This document shows positions 63,280 to 64,000 of a stretch of 64,000 nt of DNA, one piece after another (the first letter of the stretch is position 1; the number at the start of each line of letters is the position of its first letter). Made by a program: the position numbers and the translations under genes. The notes under the pieces are model-generated. The model searched no databases and was not told the DNA's origin. It was given only the letters and a program-made list of their open reading frames with translations. This stretch comes from Convolutriloba macropyga. Lineage: Eukaryota. Where the stretch lies: the NCBI RefSeq assembly GCF_964194025.1, contig NC_134479.1, positions 49,166,001 through 49,230,000 on the forward strand, written 5' to 3'.

Positions 63280-64000
63280 GCCTAAATTGTTGTGATAAAC
63301 TTATTAAATAGATTTGTCTTTGTTGCGAAATTTGTGATCCTTAGTTCTAATTCCTGTGGTAAATTGAGATTTTCGTAACGTTCAAATGCAAGTTCCAAAG
63401 AAAAAGGAAGTTTGAGAATTTTGATACCTCTGATGATGAAGTTTCAGACGATGTAATTAATTGTCGAAAACCTCAATTGAAAGATATCAAAGACAATATC
63501 AAAGACAATTAAATAGAGCTCTGTATAGTGTATAAAACAGCCTTACTGGGTGGCTTTATCAGCAGTATCATCTTGATGCCCCTACGAAAAATGAATATTC
63601 CCGAACATCTCCAGCGTGTTATGGCCTCCGAAAATATTGAGGAATCAGTCAAAACCCTGATGCAATATCTCGTGACTGAAAATGAAAGGAAGGGAGAAAG
63701 AATAAAGCAGCTTGAGTCCCAGATGACAGGAGTAACCATCAAAGTGAATGAGCTTGAGCGTTATGAGTCCAAAGATTGTCTAATTTTTCATAACCTTCCA
63801 ATAGGCCAGCATGGCTCCTATCTGTCGGATACTGTGGCGTTCATGAGAAACATCCTACAAGTCAACATTTGCGAAGAAGATCTAAAGGCTTGCCATCCTC
63901 TGGGCAAAGGAACAAGCAGCTATCCTCCGAAAATAGTGGCTAAGTTCATTTACAATGATCAAAAAGACCGGGTTTGGGCAAGAAAGAGACTTCTACGTTC
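63280..64000 (+). mobile_element. 5' end of a second LINE family (ORF1, truncated by the window edge), starting with the SL-like leader
   Basis: GCCTAAATTGTTGTGATAAACTTATTAAATAG, then an open frame from 63576: MPLRKMNIPEHLQRVMASENIEESVK...IKQLESQ...VNELERYESKDCLIFHNLP...DLKACHPLG...IVAKF...VWARKRLL, a LINE ORF1 coiled-coil plus RRM pattern. Confidence 0.8.
63285..63311 (+). other. Spliced-leader-like 27-nt sequence at the LINE 5' end
   Basis: Identical to 44546-44572; sequence on either side is unrelated between the two sites. Confidence 0.6.

Overview
AT-rich eukaryotic (invertebrate-like) genomic DNA with two convergent, intron-rich genes. On the + strand lies the 3' part of an HCN-type cyclic-nucleotide-gated channel gene (six exons, 15498-38113: C-linker, CNBD and a long C-terminal tail ending in -SDV). 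On the - strand lies the 3' part of TYW1, the radical-SAM tRNA wybutosine synthase (seven exons, 62422-42076). Both genes begin outside the window. The introns are filled with mobile DNA: a very compact, young Ty3/Gypsy LTR retrotransposon (9920-14320, identical 257-bp LTRs, CAACT target duplication), two LINEs with L1-ORF1p-like ORF1s (one full-length CR1/L2-group, one truncated by the window edge), a decayed L1/Tx1-like LINE, four non-autonomous Helentron/Helitron2-like elements in two families (one with an internal ~812-bp tandem array), and several MITEs. The most striking observation is that two otherwise dissimilar LINEs both start with the same 27-nt leader AATTGTTGTGATAAACTTATTAAATAG (44546-44572 and 63285-63311). 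It looks like a spliced leader acquired by trans-splicing and then reverse-transcribed, suggesting promoterless LINEs whose 5' end is defined and regenerated by host SL trans-splicing. One TYW1 intron appears to use a non-canonical GA donor. All calls are from manual reading of the sequence; no alignments or searches were run.
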